Source: Candidatus Heimdallarchaeota archaeon (GTDB lineage: Archaea > Asgardarchaeota > Heimdallarchaeia > Heimdallarchaeales > Kariarchaeaceae). Taken from it: a DNA stretch of 11,724 bases. Below the pieces are notes generated by a model. The model saw nothing but the letters and a program-made list of their open reading frames with translations. It did not search any database and had not been told where the DNA came from. Each line of letters opens with the position of its first letter. The first letter of the stretch is position 1. The stretch spans positions 1-11,724 of the forward strand of contig WAKA01000109.1 in NCBI GenBank assembly GCA_015523565.1. The letters are read 5' to 3'. Shown one piece after another: positions 7,945 through 11,724 of the stretch. Both the position numbers and the translations under genes were made by a program.

Positions 7945-8619
7945 ATGAAATCTCGATTTTTTTTTTTACTGACAAGTTTATTATGGTTCGTTTTACCGGT
8001 TTCAGCAGAAAGTAACCTATCTGAACTTTATGATCGCCTCTTTCTTGAGGTGCTTATTTTGTCTGTCATTGTTTTTACCTTAGTGGTTATTCTTTGGGTT
8101 TACATGATACTTAAGTTCAGAAAGGGGAAAGTTGATGCAATTGAAAAATATCCTGTCAGTTTTCATAAGAAGCTCCAAATAACATGGATTGCAGTTCCCA
8201 TTTTCATTGGACTGTTATTGTTGGCAATGTCCCTTCCTGCTCTTTCTGAATTTCAAAAGGAGCTTTCTACTCCTGTGGCTGATGAAACGATAGTTGTTGA
8301 GGCAACTGACAATTGGCAGTGGAAATTCTACAAGGGAGATCAAGTATATCGACCTGTGACTGATGAAAACGGTATTTCTATGACTACCCTTCCTTTAGAA
8401 TCGGGTAGAACCTACAAGTTTGTCCTATGGTCAACTGGTGAAAAGCCAATTATCCATTCATTCTATGTTTACGAACTGAATTTCAAAATGGATGTGGTTC
8501 CACATAAAAACAACACTATCACAGTTACAATCAACTCTCCAGGTTCTTATCTTGTACTCTGTGCAGAATATTGTGGTGCCCGGCATTCAATGATGCGTGG
8601 TGTTTTGGAGGTGAGTTGA
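7945..8619 (+). CDS. coxB: Heme-copper oxidase subunit II (CuA type, no fused cytochrome c)
   Basis: Signal-like N-terminus, 2 TM helices, NWQWKFY, IIHSF and [12 protein letters not shown] CuA ligands. SD GGTGAT at 7935-7940 favours ATG 7945 over GTG 7936. Confidence 0.95.
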   Translation: MKSRFFFLLTSLLWFVLPVSAESNLSELYDRLFLEVLILSVIVFTLVVILWVYMILKFRKGKVDAIEKYPVSFHKKLQITWIAVPIFIGLLLLAMSLPALSEFQKELSTPVADETIVVEATDNWQWKFYKGDQVYRPVTDENGISMTTLPLESGRTYKFVLWSTGEKPIIHSFYVYELNFKMDVVPHKNNTITVTINSPGSYLVLCAEYCGARHSMMRGVLEVS

Positions 8620-10979
8620 TGATGCATCATCATTCTGGTTCATTTTGGAAAAATCCCAAACGGATTTTTGGAACTACTAATGCCCAGGAAATTGGACTGC
8701 TTTATTTCGTAGCTTCTATTATCAATATTGCCATTGCGGGAAGTTATGCCCTTCTTATTAGATTAGAGCTTTGGGATCCCCTTCCATCCTTCTTCAAGAG
8801 TCCTATTGAATATAATGTTGCTTTCACCCTTCATGGAACTGCTATGGTTTTCTTGGTTATAGTTCCTCTTGGTGCAGGTTTTGGAAATCTTCTTATTCCA
8901 CGAATGGTTGCTTCTGTCAATGAAGACATGTATTGGCCAAAATGGAATAACTTTGCGTTTTGGCTAATCCCATTCGGTTCAATTTTGATTTGGTCTTCTC
9001 AAGCATATGCAGGTTGGACTGCTTATGCACCTCTGTCGGTAGTAACAGAGGGTGTTGACCTGTGGATCTTAGGATTGATTGTCATTGGTGTCTCTTCATC
9101 CATTGGCTCCCTCAATTTTATTCTTACAATCTGGAAAGGGAAGGCACCATATGTTAAATGGATGGAAATGGACATGTTTGTTTGGGGAACCCTATTTACC
9201 TCCATTCTTTTGTTGTTGACTACCCCTGTCATCAGCATTGCGCTTTTCATGGTATTTATGGATCGTAATATGAACACTCATTTCTTTAATCCAGACTATT
9301 CCAATCCAATTATCTATCAGCACCTTTTCTGGTTTTTTGCACATCCAGAGGTATACGTGCTTTTATTACCAGCGGCTTCTCTTGTTACTATGTTTATATC
9401 CAAGTTTTCAGGAAGACCAGTCTTCGGTTATCGTTCAATCTTAGGTGCAATGTTCAGTATAGTGCTCATGTCATTCATTGTTTGGGCTCATCACATGTAT
9501 ACTACAGGCATCAATCCCTTTGTAAGATTTCCATTCAACTTTTTCACATACATAATTGCTGTTCCTTCTGGTGTTTTGGTCTTTTTCTGGTTATTTAACA
9601 TGTATAAGGGTAAAATTTCATTCCATGAGCCAATGCTGTTTTCTTTGGCATTTATTATCTTGTTTACAATTGGAGGTATAACTGGTGAATTCCTTAATGA
9701 CCTACCTTTGGATTTTGTCTTGCAGGATACATATTGGGTTGTTGGTCATTTCCATTTTGTCGTTGCTTCATCAATCCTATCTGCCCTATATGGTGCCTTT
9801 TACTATTACTATCCCGATATGACTGGAAAAATGTACAACAGGTTAACCGCAAAGCTTCACTTCTGGTTTTGGGTGGTCGGTTCATTTATTGCCTTCTGGG
9901 GGTTTACTATGCTGGGAATGGAAGGCATGCCAAGACGCTATTATACCTATCCCGCAAAATTTCAGTATTGGCACCAAGTTGCAACTGTAGGCGCTTTTAT
10001 GATGGGAATCGGTTTCACGTTTTTCATTTCTTCAATGATATTGGGTTACTTTAAAGGAGAAGAAGTTAAAGATCCAAATAACCCATTTGGAGAAGAAAAT
10101 TCAGCATATAATTTTCCTAAACCCTTCACACGGTATCTCAAGGAAGAAAAGGGTGTAGACATTCAGATAGAGCACAAACTTACTTTCCTCACTCCATTAG
10201 GATCTATTGCTGTGATATTTCCTTTGTTGGCATTGATTTCATCAAACGAAATAGGACCATTCCACGATTCAATCATTGCCGCAGAAAGAGGATTCTTTGC
10301 AAAATATCTCGCACCAAAAGTTTGGACCATGATTTTCTTAGGACTCTTTGTAGTCTACATGGCATTTCTTTTCTTTATCGAATCTGGAAAGAAAGGTGGA
10401 TCTCACCCTCTTGACGTTTACAAAAAAGATAGACATTGGGAAATGTGGACCTTCCTCTTATCTGAGGTCATATTTTTTGCAACATTGATAGGATATTCAT
10501 TGACTATCCGCCTACGAGCAACTGATTGGCCAAATCCGCATGAATATCTTAATGTGGATTTGACAGCTATCAACACTTTTATTCTAATTATCAGTTCATT
10601 TACCATGGCAATGGCTGTCAATTCAATAAAAATGGGTGATCAGAAGAAATTAAAATTATTTCTGATCGCTACAATTCTGTTGGGAATCACATTTATCAGT
10701 ATCCAAGCAAAAGAATATTTGGATCTTTTCCATGAAGGAAATATTGCTTTAACTACTGATGCAAGGTTTAAATTGTATAGTTCCACCTTTTTCTTGCAAA
10801 CTGGTTTTCATGGACTTCATGTTATCATTGGTATCATTTTTCTTATTTTCGTGTTCATTAGGGCAGTCAGAGGCGGATATGATAAGGATAACCATGAATA
10901 TGTGGAATACATTGGATTGTATTGGCATTTTGTTGATCTTGTCTGGGTATTCCTATTCATGCTCCTTTACTTGATTTGA
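8619..10979 (+). CDS. coxA: Heme-copper oxidase subunit I fused to subunit III (A1-type; CoxAC/SoxM-like architecture)
   Basis: Subunit I motifs [34 protein letters not shown] and GMPRRY. Subunit III motifs [17 protein letters not shown] and YWHFVDLVW follow in the same frame. SD GGAGGTGA at 8607-8614; ATG 8619 overlaps the coxB stop, and 8622 is an alternative. Confidence 0.96.
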   Translation: MMHHHSGSFWKNPKRIFGTTNAQEIGLLYFVASIINIAIAGSYALLIRLELWDPLPSFFKSPIEYNVAFTLHGTAMVFLVIVPLGAGFGNLLIPRMVASVNEDMYWPKWNNFAFWLIPFGSILIWSSQAYAGWTAYAPLSVVTEGVDLWILGLIVIGVSSSIGSLNFILTIWKGKAPYVKWMEMDMFVWGTLFTSILLLLTTPVISIALFMVFMDRNMNTHFFNPDYSNPIIYQHLFWFFAHPEVYVLLLPAASLVTMFISKFSGRPVFGYRSILGAMFSIVLMSFIVWAHHMYTTGINPFVRFPFNFFTYIIAVPSGVLVFFWLFNMYKGKISFHEPMLFSLAFIILFTIGGITGEFLNDLPLDFVLQDTYWVVGHFHFVVASSILSALYGAFYYYYPDMTGKMYNRLTAKLHFWFWVVGSFIAFWGFTMLGMEGMPRRYYTYPAKFQYWHQVATVGAFMMGIGFTFFISSMILGYFKGEEVKDPNNPFGEENSAYNFPKPFTRYLKEEKGVDIQIEHKLTFLTPLGSIAVIFPLLALISSNEIGPFHDSIIAAERGFFAKYLAPKVWTMIFLGLFVVYMAFLFFIESGKKGGSHPLDVYKKDRHWEMWTFLLSEVIFFATLIGYSLTIRLRATDWPNPHEYLNVDLTAINTFILIISSFTMAMAVNSIKMGDQKKLKLFLIATILLGITFISIQAKEYLDLFHEGNIALTTDARFKLYSSTFFLQTGFHGLHVIIGIIFLIFVFIRAVRGGYDKDNHEYVEYIGLYWHFVDLVWVFLFMLLYLI

Positions 10980-10988
10980 GGTGATGTT

Positions 10989-11273
10989 ATGGAAAATCAT
11001 GCAAAAACATATACAATTACATTGGCAATTTTATTGGTGATAACAATCATTGAATATATTGTTAATTTCATGGAAACTAGTGTCATTAAAATCATCATTC
11101 TTAGTATACTTTCTTTTGTTAAGGCATTTTTCATCGTTGCTATTTTCATGCATGTTAAGTACCAAAAAGACAGGAATGTAATTATTTTCTTTGGTTTCCT
11201 TATTCCATTGATTCTTATTGTCTATCTCGCAGTTATGATATACTTTGACTTTGGAATTTCTGTTGCAAATTAA
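10989..11273 (+). CDS. coxD: Prokaryotic cytochrome c oxidase subunit IV family protein
   Basis: Three TM helices, ITIIEY and KAFFIVAIFMHVKY (FMH motif); SD GAGGTGAT at 10978-10985; last gene of the operon. Confidence 0.88.
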   Translation: MENHAKTYTITLAILLVITIIEYIVNFMETSVIKIIILSILSFVKAFFIVAIFMHVKYQKDRNVIIFFGFLIPLILIVYLAVMIYFDFGISVAN

Positions 11274-11353
11274 TCGACTTTTATTCATTAAATTCATATT
11301 TTCCTAACCTTTCTTTACACAAATAGTGTTTCTTTACTTGTATTTTGGAATAT

Positions 11354-11722
11354 TCAAAGGCAAATCAAACAAATAAGACTTGGCAAAAATGTGAGCAACA
11401 GAAGAGCAAAATTTGAAGGAATATTCAAAAATCTATCTTGCTCTTCCACCTGAAGTTTCATTTTTAAGAAAAAAAGAGTTATTCCATATAAGATAAAGGA
11501 AAGTGTGAAAAGTACAAGAATGCCACCAGTCTCTAGATAAAGAGCACCAAGTTGAGGAAGCATTCCATTTGTCTGCCACCTATTCGTAATTTTTCTTGGA
11601 AATTTTTCAGCATCCCAAAGCATTATCAAGGAAAGCAACGAAATCTGAAACAATAATTGCATCAAAAAAAAAGGAATAGATAGGATAATAAGAATTTTAT
11701 CGATAGGTCTCCAATAAACCAA
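11354..11722 (-). CDS. Hypothetical membrane protein, possibly 5'-truncated by the window edge
   Basis: Open frame running to the window edge with three hydrophobic segments; convergent with coxD; no recognisable motif. Confidence 0.55.
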   Translation of the reverse strand: MVYWRPIDKILIILSIPFFLMQLLFQISLLSLIMLWDAEKFPRKITNRWQTNGMLPQLGALYLETGGILVLFTLSFILYGITLFFLKMKLQVEEQDRFLNIPSNFALLLLTFLPSLICLICL

Positions 11723-11724
11723 AT

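Noticed and set aside
8571-8618. Longer N-terminus for subunit I from the ORF track
   Set aside because: Overlaps the coxB CuA motif; the strong SD at 8607-8614 points to ATG 8619 or 8622.
7945-10979. Quinol oxidase, caa3 or nitric oxide reductase assignment
   Set aside because: CuA ligands are intact, there is no CxxCH domain, and the HPEVY Tyr and three CuB His are present.
6404-11297. Antisense or off-frame ORFs within the regulator and oxidase genes
   Set aside because: Overlap strongly supported CDSs and have no independent evidence.
1-11724. CRISPR array, tRNA/rRNA or mobile element
   Set aside because: No regularly spaced repeats, structured GC-rich RNA-like segment, or transposase/integrase motif seen.

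Overview
AT-rich archaeal window. GGTGA(T) Shine-Dalgarno sites, TATA-like promoters and surface proteins with Ser/Thr linkers and C-terminal anchors suggest an Asgard (Heimdallarchaeia-like) origin; this is inference. The minus strand of the left half encodes a 26-aa helical-repeat protein, a GT2 glycosyltransferase, a ~1290-aa surface-anchored clostripain (C11) protease, and a two-gene unit of a small membrane protein plus a stand-alone TrmB/OxsR-like wHTH regulator. Divergent from this unit is a four-gene respiratory operon: a membrane-anchored type-1 blue-copper protein, CuA-type oxidase subunit II, fused subunit I+III (A1-type) and subunit IV. Two observations stand out. First, the oxidase keeps its D-proton pathway and all redox-metal ligands but has lost both hallmark K-pathway residues (subunit I Lys to Leu, subunit II Glu to Gln). 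Second, three copies of the palindrome TATACT-N7-AGTATA sit at the oxidase promoter and at the start of the divergent regulator unit.
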